Source: Candidatus Kaiserbacteria bacterium
Lineage (GTDB): Bacteria; Patescibacteriota; Minisyncoccia; Phycocordibacterales; Phycocordibacteraceae
Assembly (NCBI GenBank): GCA_027451665.1
Contig: DAIDIW010000001.1
Coordinates: 95,359 to 159,358 of the forward strand
Direction: 5' to 3'
Length of the DNA: 64,000 nucleotides
Positions within the stretch are counted from its first letter, which is position 1. Each line of letters opens with the position of its first letter. The translations under genes and the position numbers were made by a program. Below are positions 52,508-61,610 of the stretch, piece by piece. The notes beneath the pieces are model-generated. The model was not told where the DNA came from. It saw nothing but the letters and a program-made list of their open reading frames with translations, and searched no databases.

Positions 52508-53930
52508 GCCCTTGAACGAATACACGATCGTCGAAGCGGCGCGCGCGCTCCGCGCGCGTGAGTGCACGGTCCTCGAACTTTGGGATGCGTGCCGAACCGC
52601 GGCGGAAGAGAAGAATCCAGCCCTGAATGCCTATCTCGAGCTCTTCGACGCTGACGATGCGGCGATAGCAGCGGCGCAGAAGCGCATCGACGCGGGCGAT
52701 ACCTCCATGCTCTGCGGCATCCCGCTCGCGATGAAGGACAACATCCTCGTCGAAGGGAAGACGGTGAGCGCCGCGTCAAAGATGCTTGAGCAGTATCGAG
52801 CTACCTATGATGCGACCGTCACAACGCGGTTGAAGAAAGCAGGCGCGCTCTTCCTCGGTCGTACGAATATGGACGAATTCGCGATGGGAAGCTCCACCGA
52901 GCATTCCGCATTCGGTCCGACGAGAAACCCGGTCGATCCGTCCCGCATCCCCGGCGGCTCCTCCGGCGGTTCGGCGGCGGCGGTCGCGGCTCACCTGTGT
53001 ATCGCCGCGCTTGGGAGTGACACGGGCGGTTCCATCCGCCAGCCAGCCGCGCATACGGGAATCGTCGGCCTGAAGCCGACCTACGGCGCGGTCTCGCGCA
53101 ATGGCCTCATCGCGCTCGGTTCGTCGCTCGACCAGATCGGCCCGCTCGCAAAATCCGCGGAGGATGCTGAAATACTGTTCGCGGCTATTCGCGGTCACGA
53201 CCCGCTCGATGGCACGACAATCGACGAGGCTACCTACCCTCCCGTAGCGCTGCCCGAAAAGCTCACGATCGGCATTCCCCGGGCGCTCATCGGACAGGAC
53301 GGCGTTGATCCTGCGCTGAGGACGGTATTCACGGAGACGCTCTCAAAACTTGAGGCTGCCGGGCACACGCTTGTCGACATAGAGCTTCCGATGAGCTCGA
53401 GCGCGCTCGCCGCCTATTACGTCATCATGCCTGCGGAAGTCTCCGCGAACCTTGCGCGGCTCGATGGCATGCGCTACGGGCATGCGGCGCGCGGCAAGAC
53501 GTTGCTCGACGATTATCTTCTCAGCAGAACGGAAGGATTCGGTTCAGAAACGAAGCGACGCATACTGCTCGGCACGTTCGTGCTGTCTTCCGGCTATATC
53601 GATGCGTACTATCGTAAGGCCGATGCCGCGCGCGAGGTGTTGCGCGCGGAATACGCACGTGCGTTCGCGCAGTGCGATGTCATCGCGTTTCCTACGACGC
53701 CGTCAGCAGCTTTCCGCTTCGGCGAGAAGAGCGGTGATCCGGTAGCGATGTATCTCGAGGACGTATTTACCGTGACCGCGAACCTTACCGGTATGCCCGC
53801 GATTTCTGTTCCGATGGGCGCAGTAGAGACGGAGGGAGCGCGATTGCCGGTCGGGATCCACTTCACGGCTTCTCATGGAGGCGATACGCTCGCACTCCTT
53901 GCCGCGCGCGAAGTGGAAACGGCGCGCTAA
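52494..53930 (+). CDS. gatA: Glu/Asp-tRNA amidotransferase subunit A
   Basis: Amidase signature GGSSGGSAAAVAA with the Ser-cisSer-Lys triad context. 478 aa. No gatB follows. Confidence 0.9.
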   Translation: MRMTKPLNEYTIVEAARALRARECTVLELWDACRTAAEEKNPALNAYLELFDADDAAIAAAQKRIDAGDTSMLCGIPLAMKDNILVEGKTVSAASKMLEQYRATYDATVTTRLKKAGALFLGRTNMDEFAMGSSTEHSAFGPTRNPVDPSRIPGGSSGGSAAAVAAHLCIAALGSDTGGSIRQPAAHTGIVGLKPTYGAVSRNGLIALGSSLDQIGPLAKSAEDAEILFAAIRGHDPLDGTTIDEATYPPVALPEKLTIGIPRALIGQDGVDPALRTVFTETLSKLEAAGHTLVDIELPMSSSALAAYYVIMPAEVSANLARLDGMRYGHAARGKTLLDDYLLSRTEGFGSETKRRILLGTFVLSSGYIDAYYRKADAAREVLRAEYARAFAQCDVIAFPTTPSAAFRFGEKSGDPVAMYLEDVFTVTANLTGMPAISVPMGAVETEGARLPVGIHFTASHGGDTLALLAAREVETAR

Positions 53931-53960
53931 GGAGTCTCACAGGCCGTATACTGTGAAGTA

Positions 53961-54533
53961 ATGCCGGCGAATCAGGCGAACGTCGAATACTTCTTCCGTC
54001 TTTTCTACGATCTCTTCCAGGGAACGGGCAGCATACCTCTCACGCAAGTCGAGGCGTGGGCGGCTCATGTCTGGCTTTTCATCGTCTATATAGGCTACGC
54101 GCTTGCGGCAGCGGGATTTGTTTTCATCGTCTACAGCATGGTGCGCCTGTTTGAATTGCGTGAGCGCGAGGAGCACCATTTCGGGTCGCTCATACTGGCG
54201 CCACAAGCGGCTGAACGCGGAAATGCACGATGGAACCATATCGAAGAGCTCGTGGCAGGCGATAACCCGAGCCAGTGGAAGGAAGCCATTATCGAGGCGG
54301 ATATCATGCTTCACGAGATTCTCACGAATCATGGCTACCAGGGTGAAGGCGTTGCGGAGAAGCTGCGCACCATCGATCAGGTCGACCTAGGTTCGCTCCA
54401 GAATGCATGGAACGCGCATCGCGTACGCAATCAGATTGCGCACGAAGGTTCGGCGTTCAATCTCTCGAAACAGCTTGCACAGCGCACGATCCAGCAATAT
54501 GAGAGCGTTTTCAAGGAATTTGACGTCATCTGA
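53961..54533 (+). CDS. Hypothetical membrane protein
   Basis: N-terminal two TM (VWLFIVYIGYALAAAGFVFIVY), then a soluble domain. GC is ~55%, lower than the surroundings. Confidence 0.4.
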   Translation: MPANQANVEYFFRLFYDLFQGTGSIPLTQVEAWAAHVWLFIVYIGYALAAAGFVFIVYSMVRLFELREREEHHFGSLILAPQAAERGNARWNHIEELVAGDNPSQWKEAIIEADIMLHEILTNHGYQGEGVAEKLRTIDQVDLGSLQNAWNAHRVRNQIAHEGSAFNLSKQLAQRTIQQYESVFKEFDVI

Positions 54534-54634
54534 CGTAATGAAAGTCGCCTCCGCCATGTCCAAGGAGTTCGGGTTGCGTCATCAGTCGAGTGGGATATAC
54601 TGAATCTAACCGCGCAAGCGGTTAAAACATATAT

Positions 54635-54705
54635 AGCGGGGTAGAGGAGAGGTACCTCGGGAGGCTCATAACCTCCAGACGCGGGTTCGATTCCCGCCCC
54701 CGCAA
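54635..54705 (+). tRNA. tRNA-Met (anticodon CAT), possibly initiator-like
   Basis: Anticodon loop CTCATAA. T-arm GCGGG-TTCGATT-CCCGC. D-arm GAGG-AGAGGTA-CCTC with A11:U24. Acceptor AGCGGGG/CCCCGCA has an unpaired 1:72. The 4-nt variable loop and 5' end are uncertain by 1 nt. Confidence 0.7.
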
Positions 54706-54725
54706 CACGGTTGTGACGCCAGGAA
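54704..54725 (+). repeat. Left direct repeat (att-like) AACACGGTTGTGACGCCAGGAA
   Basis: 22-nt exact match to 58452-58473. Confidence 0.7.
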
Positions 54726-54775
54726 CTGCTTCCGGCCCCCATTAAGGCCAGTACAGTACCGCTCGGCATCACGTA

Positions 54776-54807
54776 CGCAAAAGCCGCCCGAAAGGGCGGC
54801 TTTTGCG
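54776..54807. terminator. Hairpin CGCAAAAGCCGCCC-GAAA-GGGCGGCTTTTGCG
   Basis: Perfect 14-bp stem with a GAAA tetraloop just inside the island left end. Confidence 0.5.
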
Positions 54808-54874
54808 TATTGGACAGATGTTGCGGGTAGTCGTATTCTGTGGTCATGCACGGGATACGCGCGTCTACAATTTT

Positions 54875-56059
54875 ATGCAGATCACGGTCAAACGAAAAAA
54901 TTCGGCCATCCTCGATGACACTGTCGTACGGGCGGTTCTCGGTATGTACCCCGAAGAGAAACTTGTCGAGCGACCCCTTTTTGAAGAAGGGCTAAGCGGT
55001 ACGCCCATTGATTTTCAGGATTTCCGCGATGAGTGCGATAAGATCCTCATCCCCTGGCAGATGTTCCTCCTAAGCAAGGTGAACCTTGCCACCGAACTCG
55101 GGCATATTGAATCACAGCGACAGAAGGTTTCCCAAAAGCTTTTTGCGAAGAGGCGAGGTAACGGTAACGTTACCTCGAAACGTATTATTGACCGTCTTAT
55201 TCGCTGTCAGAATTACGTAACTACGAATGGTACTTTCCCGAAGCATGCGTTCTCTGGCTCCTTGAATGGGATGCAGACCATAGATGCGGCTGCTCATATT
55301 GTCGCCTACTTCGGTATCGATATGAGAGTCTTTCGCAGCAAGAAAAAGGCAGAAGCTCTTTCATATCTCATCAAACGGCTAGAAGAGAACAACATCAATG
55401 TCTGCCAAGGAGTACTCACTAACAAGATTCTTCCACAGGTGGATGGAGTGCGAGAAGTATACAAAGGCACCAGCGGTTTTGCTATTAAGGACGAGAAGGT
55501 GCCGTTCGTCTTTATTCCCAGTGAAATTAATCCCAACGAGAAGGATGGGAGACAAATCTACACCTTGGTATATCTCATGACGGTAGTCGGTCTCGAACAG
55601 TACGAGTTCATCCTCAATAAGGATTTCAAGGTCAGTCTCCTTGCGTCTCGCGGTCTGCAAAAGCGGATTTACGATATTACTTCTGAATTCTTGCTCCCGA
55701 GAGCAAAGACGGAGCAGTATCGCGGAATAACGATTACGGAAACTATCCGTGACGACCTCTCGACTGCCTACAAGATAACTCCGTCGGCAGTAACGGTTAT
55801 TTTCAGAAAACGTGGCCACATCCCTGACCAGGCCGTATATGAGGCGCTCTTGCCGGATCCCCAGCCTGTTGTCTCTGATAATGGACCGCGCCGACAACCG
55901 GGCATTGAAGCGTCGGTAAGGAAGTTTAACGGCAAGCATGTCTGCGATCTTGCGAACCCAGCGATTAAGAGCCGTGCTCTATTTCCAGTCCAGGCGCAAT
56001 ATTTGCTCTTTGGTTCGGTGAACAAGAAGGGATTTAAGGACTACCAAAAAACGCTATGA
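54875..56059 (+). CDS. Hypothetical protein, island cargo gene 1 (~394 aa)
   Basis: GC is ~47%. No Walker, nuclease or other motif is recognisable by eye. A TACAAT -10-like hexamer sits at 54866 just upstream. The start is set at MQITVKR after the hairpin. Confidence 0.45.
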   Translation: MQITVKRKNSAILDDTVVRAVLGMYPEEKLVERPLFEEGLSGTPIDFQDFRDECDKILIPWQMFLLSKVNLATELGHIESQRQKVSQKLFAKRRGNGNVTSKRIIDRLIRCQNYVTTNGTFPKHAFSGSLNGMQTIDAAAHIVAYFGIDMRVFRSKKKAEALSYLIKRLEENNINVCQGVLTNKILPQVDGVREVYKGTSGFAIKDEKVPFVFIPSEINPNEKDGRQIYTLVYLMTVVGLEQYEFILNKDFKVSLLASRGLQKRIYDITSEFLLPRAKTEQYRGITITETIRDDLSTAYKITPSAVTVIFRKRGHIPDQAVYEALLPDPQPVVSDNGPRRQPGIEASVRKFNGKHVCDLANPAIKSRALFPVQAQYLLFGSVNKKGFKDYQKTL

Positions 56060-56493
56060 AAATCATCGACAATAATGGTCTTAATCACGTTCTTTCAAAT
56101 GGGATTCATCTTACGGAACCCTACTTCATCACGCCTGATGTCAAAGAAGAATATGAAGTAGAGCACGACAAGCTTCCGCATAACGTCAAACCTATTTTCG
56201 GAGAAGAATGGTTCGATAGTGCTGCGTATCTCCTGAATTACCAAACGGTGCTAAATCGGCGGGATGGTCGCTCTTTCTACAATATGACTGGATTTGGCGA
56301 TGTCTCCATCGTTGCGGCGCTAATGACCCTCAAGGCGTCGTGTGCAGGTATGCTTCCAGTCATGATTGAGGATCACGTTGTTATTACCGGGGATGTTGGT
56401 CTCACACGCCAGCTCATGGATGAGTTTAATGATACAGCCAATGAGTTCGACCAAAAGATGCAGGTTATTCGGCCTCAGGACTATGGTTGGTAA
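56056..56493 (+). CDS. Hypothetical protein, island cargo gene 2 (145 aa). Weak PIN-like features.
   Basis: The start overlaps the upstream stop (ATGA). The N-terminal MKIIDNNGL with Asp at position 5 and the later acidic residues (EDHVVITGD, DEFND) are reminiscent of PIN nucleases but not diagnostic. Confidence 0.45.
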   Translation: MKIIDNNGLNHVLSNGIHLTEPYFITPDVKEEYEVEHDKLPHNVKPIFGEEWFDSAAYLLNYQTVLNRRDGRSFYNMTGFGDVSIVAALMTLKASCAGMLPVMIEDHVVITGDVGLTRQLMDEFNDTANEFDQKMQVIRPQDYGW

Positions 56494-56707
56494 ACGTACG
56501 GGAGTATACTGATGACAGTTGTGACCTTCGACCTGAGGGGACAGACGGTTCGATTCCAGAAACCATGATGTATGTGCTCGTGATCTTGGCGAACGTAGTT
56601 CTGCTTATTAGTGCGTGCGTAACGCCTATTTCTGCTATGAAAAACGCCACAGTCGCTTGTAGCTATGTTCAAGGGAATGGCATGGACCCTCACGTCAAAG
56701 CTCGTAA

Positions 56708-57871
56708 CTAAAGACCAGTTGCTACTGTACCGGCGTCTTCGTTTTCACAATCGAGTGAAATTTTCCTATCTTTCAATACTAGTCTCCCGCGCAATTGCTC
56801 AAGTAGCTCGCGCTTCTCTTCGACTGTACCAGCTTCGAGTAAGTACTTCGCGTAGCGTTTGATGTCTATGTCTTTCGGCTTCTCCCATTCTTTCACTCCA
56901 AGCACCTGCGCCTGCATGTGGTTGAAGCGGGCAATTTCCTTATCGATAATCTGTCGCGCGCCGAGCCGGTCTATCTCGATCTCGTCGATAATATTACCGA
57001 GTTGTTCGATAAGCGCATCCTCGCGGATATAGGGATTCTTGCAGCGTCTGTCCCGTGTGCGGTTGCAGACGTAATAGCGGTAGAAGACGGATTTGCCGGT
57101 GGTTCGCAGGATTTTCTCCTTTTCAAGGCAGGTGATGCCCGATCCGCATTCTCCACACGTCATCATCTTTGTGAACGCGAATCCTTGGTATTTCTTTCGA
57201 GGACTCGTCTCCTCAGTGATTTTCTTTCGCACCGCCTCGAATAGCTCTCTCGTGATGAGCGCTTCGTGCTTACCGACGTACCAGTTGCCCGACCCACGTG
57301 GGTATTCGAAGACGCCGCAGTAGAAGGGATTCTTAAGAAGTTCATACAGCGTTCCTATACTCATATCCTTGCCACTCCGCGTCTTGAATTTCACTTCTTC
57401 CTTGAGCCAGTGATACACGCGCACGCCGCTCCACTTGTCTCGACCTACTTTCTCGAAGATCATCTTCACGATAGGGGAGCGGATTGGGTCGAGCAGGTAT
57501 TCGCATTTATGATCTGATCGATTGTCGTTCAGATACCCGACCGGCGCCCAGCCGGGAAGGGTAATTAGATCTTTTGCGGGTTCAGGAGACCATGGGCATA
57601 CAAACATAAGCTGAGGTTCCCGGATGGTTATTGCTTCATTGCCACGCTGGGTACACAAGATTGCCGTAGGACGATAGGCGCAAAACGCACATGAACGCGT
57701 GCATGCCGGGCACGAAAGGGATAGCGCGAGAACGAAAGATGTGGTACAGTGGGACAATGAGAGGGCCTGACTTAGACCGCGAGCGCAGCGAGCGGAAGCA
57801 TTCCCGTGGCGAGTTTCTCGCGCTCTATAACGAGGGCCTGCCGAGCGGATTCCCGCGCGCGACCGCCGCAC
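56708..57871 (-). CDS. Large serine recombinase remnant: recombinase domain, zinc ribbon and coiled-coil only. The N-terminal catalytic resolvase domain is absent.
   Basis: APVGYLNDNR...IVKMIFEKV...YHWLKEEVKFKTRSGKDMSIGTLYELLKNPFYCGVFEY is the recombinase domain. CGECGSGITC...YYVCN is the Zn ribbon. No S-x-x-Q/R catalytic motif appears in any frame upstream. GC rises at ~57650, suggesting truncation. Confidence 0.6.
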   Translation of the reverse strand: MRRSRAGIRSAGPRYRARETRHGNASARCARGLSQALSLSHCTTSFVLALSLSCPACTRSCAFCAYRPTAILCTQRGNEAITIREPQLMFVCPWSPEPAKDLITLPGWAPVGYLNDNRSDHKCEYLLDPIRSPIVKMIFEKVGRDKWSGVRVYHWLKEEVKFKTRSGKDMSIGTLYELLKNPFYCGVFEYPRGSGNWYVGKHEALITRELFEAVRKKITEETSPRKKYQGFAFTKMMTCGECGSGITCLEKEKILRTTGKSVFYRYYVCNRTRDRRCKNPYIREDALIEQLGNIIDEIEIDRLGARQIIDKEIARFNHMQAQVLGVKEWEKPKDIDIKRYAKYLLEAGTVEEKRELLEQLRGRLVLKDRKISLDCENEDAGTVATGL

Positions 57872-57996
57872 TCCTCGCCGAATATCGTCGTACGCACATC
57901 GACCAATTCAAGGGCGAGCACTGGTCGCTCGACCTGCATCGCAAGAAGGTGATGGACTGGCTCCCGGTCCGCCTGGACGCGCTCAAGAGCCGATAG
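57739..57996 (+). CDS. Possible small protein (~85 aa)
   Basis: ORF MWYSGTMRGPDLDRERSERKHSRGEFLALYNEGLPSGF... lies at the GC transition. Weak call. Confidence 0.2.
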   Translation: MWYSGTMRGPDLDRERSERKHSRGEFLALYNEGLPSGFPRATAALLAEYRRTHIDQFKGEHWSLDLHRKKVMDWLPVRLDALKSR

Positions 57997-58116
57997 GACC
58001 GCAGGACGATCCGTGCTAGTATACGGGCATCAACCAGCGCTGAACCAGTCGAGTCCGGTTCGAGCCTCTTCTCCAGCCTCTGCATTGATACCTAGACAAA
58101 ATATATCCAATCGCAC

Positions 58117-58323
58117 ATGCAAGAAGGAACAATTACCCGTCTCGTTACTGAAAAAGGCTTCGGCTTTATCAAGGTGGAGGGACAGGAGAAGGACCTTTTC
58201 TTCCATTCCAATGAGCTCGTCGGCGTTTCATTCGACTCGCTCAAGGAGGGAGACAAGGTAAGCTTCGAGATCGCGGACAGCCCGAAGGGCCCGAACGCGG
58301 TCAAGGTCACGAAGGTGGCGTAA
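58117..58323 (+). CDS. cspA: Cold-shock protein (CspA family)
   Basis: GTITRLVTEKGFGFIKVEGQEKDLFFHSNEL carries the RNP1 (KGFGFI) and RNP2 (DLFFH) motifs. 68 aa. Confidence 0.9.
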   Translation: MQEGTITRLVTEKGFGFIKVEGQEKDLFFHSNELVGVSFDSLKEGDKVSFEIADSPKGPNAVKVTKVA

Positions 58324-58334
58324 ACAGTCACGAT

Positions 58335-58373
58335 GAAAACGACGCCCCCTTATGGGGGGTCGTTTTCATTTTA
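58335..58373 (+). terminator. Rho-independent terminator after cspA
   Basis: GAAAACGACGCCCCC-TTAT-GGGGGGTCGTTTTC followed by a T-rich tract. Confidence 0.65.
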
Positions 58374-58451
58374 TAGTATCTATAAGGGGGAAGACGATTG
58401 CCAAAGGAGCCCCAAACACCTCACCTGACGGGTACGGTATTCAGACGGGCA

Positions 58452-58473
58452 AACACGGTTGTGACGCCAGGAA
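58452..58473 (+). repeat. Right direct repeat (att-like) AACACGGTTGTGACGCCAGGAA
   Basis: 22-nt exact match to 54704-54725. Confidence 0.7.
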
Positions 58474-58644
58474 TCAGTACCGACAGGCCTAAAAACGGCT
58501 CAAAATTGGACCCCGAAATGACCCTAAGATGCGTCGCATTTCAGGGAGAAGTCTGGGTTCCATTCATCATTACTCCCGTGTTCGCCTTTTTACCCCAGGC
58601 GGTCTATAGTGCCGTGAGAGTCGGCACCACAGAGGAGCTGCCAC

Positions 58645-59199
58645 ATGCCAACGAGCAGAAATATCGCCCAGGCGGAGTTTTCCCATGTCGGCGGTAATGC
58701 GAATGCGTCGCTCGAGAGCGTCATAGCGGAATGCCAAGAACGGATCGCGGACGGCGTCGAAATGGCTTTGAACGGTCGGAGCGCCAGGAGCGGAATAAAG
58801 ACCACGGTCAGGTTCCTGGACCGATCCGGTGGACTCACGAAGCTTGCAAAACGGTCCGAAGCGCTGAAGAGGAAACGGGCGGCGTTGCACTATCGCTTCC
58901 CGAAACTTACCGGCATACGGCGTTCATGTGCGAATATCCGGAGCAGGCATCTCGAGGGGAAGGCCCGGAGACTTCGAGCGGAGGTACATTCCGTCTCGAT
59001 CCGTGAGCTGCTATCCGCCCTCATGATCGGACAGACGGTAGCCGTCGAACAGCCTGATCGTACGTTCCGCTTAGTTCGCCGGGATGAGACGTATGAGCTC
59101 ATGGAAGCGGTAGCGCGCTCGCAGACCGCCTGGCTTTTTGTCTTCGCTCCAAATGATCTTTTCGCCGACGAAAATGTACTAATCGCGTCGGCGATGTAA
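58645..59199 (+). CDS. Hypothetical protein (184 aa)
   Basis: ORF with no recognised motif. A hairpin plus T-tract follows at ~59213-59250. Confidence 0.35.
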   Translation: MPTSRNIAQAEFSHVGGNANASLESVIAECQERIADGVEMALNGRSARSGIKTTVRFLDRSGGLTKLAKRSEALKRKRAALHYRFPKLTGIRRSCANIRSRHLEGKARRLRAEVHSVSIRELLSALMIGQTVAVEQPDRTFRLVRRDETYELMEAVARSQTAWLFVFAPNDLFADENVLIASAM

Positions 59200-59290
59200 C
59201 AGTGCGATGCTCGTGCATCAACTGCCCTCCCTGTAACAGGGGAGGGTTTTCATCTGGGGCAAACCCGTTGATGGTGTAATGCGTTCAGTA

Positions 59291-59320
59291 TTGACTTTAT
59301 TGTGCAATGTGTGTGATAAT
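59291..59320 (+). promoter_or_regulatory. Sigma-70-like promoter TTGACT-N18-GATAAT with extended TGTG
   Basis: It lies in the AT-rich 200-bp intergenic region upstream of the ORF at 59401. -35 is at 59291-59296 and -10 at 59315-59320. Confidence 0.35.
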
Positions 59321-59400
59321 CAAAACGAACGTACTTTCACGTTGCACTGATATCCATTACTCCCGTCCGTATCGGGATTCTGCAATCATGGAGGGTCTAT

Positions 59401-59982
59401 ATGTTCTGTGGGTCGACAATCCAATCGTTACTGCATGGGGATACTACGCTTTCTGTCGTTCGTACGGTCTTCCTCGAGGAAGTAAAAGGCAAGCCTACCC
59501 GTGAATGTTGTCGGGGCGGAGGAGACTGGTACTTTCGGGATGAGAATCTCGATACCTGGCTCGATGCCGAACAGCCTGATGCTGCCGCGTGTGCAATAGC
59601 GGTATGCGGAAAAAGCGTCAACTGGACGTTCGAGGACATGGTTCGCAGTCATCCGGGCGCTCCAAAGAAGGCGAATGCCATCGAACTGGGCCGCTGGCTG
59701 ATTCAGAGCGGGCACGCGCTCACGCTCCCGCAGGTAGAAATTCTCTGCGAACGTACCGGACGCGGAGAAGATACCGGCCTGCGGACGATTGGCGCCCACG
59801 GAGTCTTCTGCGTCCTTGAAACGTCTCACACGGACGCGCCGGCCCCGGTACTCCGCATCGGAAGGCTGGATGCTCCCAACCGGCCTCGGTGGGGTATCGG
59901 TGTCGGTCGGTTGAGTCACAAGTCTCCGATGCCTGCGCGTTCACGTTTTCTCTTCCGGGGTCCGGACACCGCAAGAGCATGA
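59401..59982 (+). CDS. Hypothetical Cys-containing protein (193 aa)
   Basis: ORF. CCRGGGDWYF and CAIAVCGKS motifs are of unknown significance. Confidence 0.35.
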   Translation: MFCGSTIQSLLHGDTTLSVVRTVFLEEVKGKPTRECCRGGGDWYFRDENLDTWLDAEQPDAAACAIAVCGKSVNWTFEDMVRSHPGAPKKANAIELGRWLIQSGHALTLPQVEILCERTGRGEDTGLRTIGAHGVFCVLETSHTDAPAPVLRIGRLDAPNRPRWGIGVGRLSHKSPMPARSRFLFRGPDTARA

Positions 59983-60145
59983 TCTTTGCGGGTGGTTCCA
60001 TACCTGGTACACCCCTCTCTCGTACCGCGAGGAGGGGTGTTTCTTTATGCCTTCCGAGGGCACTTTCTCGAGGGTGGTCGCGGGGCTTGAATCACACAAT
60101 GCATTGTAGTAATGTCGAGAACGGAACGCGTCGAAAGGGGACGAA

Positions 60146-60757
60146 ATGCCCGTACACAACACAAGGAATGCGGCTGATCAGGAATTTGAAAGGGGCTTGG
60201 CGAAGGTGATGCTCCCGCTTCGCAAATTCACCCATCATCTTGCGGGAGCCGAGGGAGAAGACCTGCTTCAGGAGACCCTCACCCGCGCCTGGGAAAACCG
60301 GCATCAATTCACTCCCGGGACTAGTCTTGCGGCGTGGATCTTCACGATTGCGCGCCATCTACATTACTCCGCGCACAAGCGTAGATCGAGGCATATGCAG
60401 TTAGATCCTGAGTATGCCGAACGCACCATCCAGTCTGCCGATGGCCGTGCACAAGTAGAATCGAGGTCTGAGCTGAGTCACGTCGCGACCTGCCTTACCA
60501 CCCTCACCGAGCCGCAGGTCGCGGCACTCCTCTGGATCGCGTGCGAGGGTCTGCACTATGCAGACATTGCCGATCGCCAGCAGTGCGACATAGGAACGGT
60601 AAAGTCTCGCGTTTCGCGTGGCCGCCGGGAGTTGAAGCGTATAGCGGAGAGTGGAATGCCCGTTCCGGATATACATCCCGGACGGCTGGCGCGGATTGTC
60701 GAGTATTTGAAAGGAGTGAGCGAGGCCGAGATACTGACCTCGGCAACCGCCTTCTGA
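60146..60757 (+). CDS. ECF-type sigma-70 family factor (second copy)
   Basis: Region 2 LLQETLTRAWENRHQFTPGTSLAAWIFTIARHLHYSAHKRR and region 4 ALLWIACEGLHYADIADRQQCDIGTVKSRVSRGRRELK. Confidence 0.75.
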   Translation: MPVHNTRNAADQEFERGLAKVMLPLRKFTHHLAGAEGEDLLQETLTRAWENRHQFTPGTSLAAWIFTIARHLHYSAHKRRSRHMQLDPEYAERTIQSADGRAQVESRSELSHVATCLTTLTEPQVAALLWIACEGLHYADIADRQQCDIGTVKSRVSRGRRELKRIAESGMPVPDIHPGRLARIVEYLKGVSEAEILTSATAF

Positions 60758-60851
60758 GGTAGGGATGCGGTAAAGGAGAGCTGCACAGCAGCTCTCCTTT
60801 TTGTACCGTTTTCCGATACCGGAGTAAAAGCTTATACTACGCGGATTCGTC

Positions 60852-61610
60852 ATGCGTACCCTCGTCTCATTTGTGGTGAGCCTTGCCGTAGGCGCATCCT
60901 CATTTCTTGGATTCGCACACATGCATCCGCATGCGAGCGCGGTCGCGGCGCCTGCCGGGGCCGCGCTGGTTAGAAGCGCTTCGCCTATCGTCGTTCATCC
61001 GATCTATCTGTCGTTCGATATGGATATGAACGGATTTATGTACCGGAAGTCGAGACGCACAGGGAGGATCTGGTACGATCCGGCGCTGTTCGCCTATCTT
61101 GAGCAGCATCATATTCCGGCGACCTTCTTCGTCTCGGGGCTCTTCGCCTCCACCTATCCGGATCTGTTGCGGAGCCTCGCCTCGACGAGCCAGTTCGCGT
61201 TCGAAAATCATAGCTATGATGAATCGTCCTTCACGCCGCATTGCTATTGGCTGCGGACGCTCACGACGAATACGCAGAAGACCCAGCAGATTCAGGAAAC
61301 GGAGCAGCTTATCAAGCGCTATACCGGCCAGACCGCGACCTATTTCCGCTTCCCGGGGGACTGTACGAATGCTGAGAATGATGCCTTTGTCCGCAAACTC
61401 GGGTATGTGGTAAATGACGGGACCGATATCGCCGGAGACCCATTCAACAGGAATATGCGCGCCATCGTGCATGCCGTACTCTCGGACGCGACGACAAGCG
61501 CCACCATTCTCATGCACATCGGCGGGCCGAACGCTCCTGAGAGCCTTGTCGCACTTAAGCAGATTATGCCAGCCCTTTCCGCGGAAGGGTATCGGTTCGA
61601 GCGTCTGTAG
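60852..61610 (+). CDS. Polysaccharide deacetylase (CE4/NodB homology) family protein, secreted
   Basis: Signal peptide, then NodB-like motifs IYLSFDMD (degenerate TFDDG), HSYDE and RFPGD. Confidence 0.55.
   Translation: MRTLVSFVVSLAVGASSFLGFAHMHPHASAVAAPAGAALVRSASPIVVHPIYLSFDMDMNGFMYRKSRRTGRIWYDPALFAYLEQHHIPATFFVSGLFASTYPDLLRSLASTSQFAFENHSYDESSFTPHCYWLRTLTTNTQKTQQIQETEQLIKRYTGQTATYFRFPGDCTNAENDAFVRKLGYVVNDGTDIAGDPFNRNMRAIVHAVLSDATTSATILMHIGGPNAPESLVALKQIMPALSAEGYRFERL

Larger units (their letters stand above)
54702..58473. mobile_element. ~3.8-kb lower-GC integrated island at the tRNA-Met 3' end, bounded by direct repeats
   Basis: GCAACACGGTTGTGACGCCAGGAA (54702-54725, overlapping the tRNA 3' end) recurs as GCAAACACGGTTGTGACGCCAGGAA at 58449-58473. 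The interior GC is ~45-52% versus ~63% outside. It contains a recombinase remnant, cspA and two unknown genes. Confidence 0.55.
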
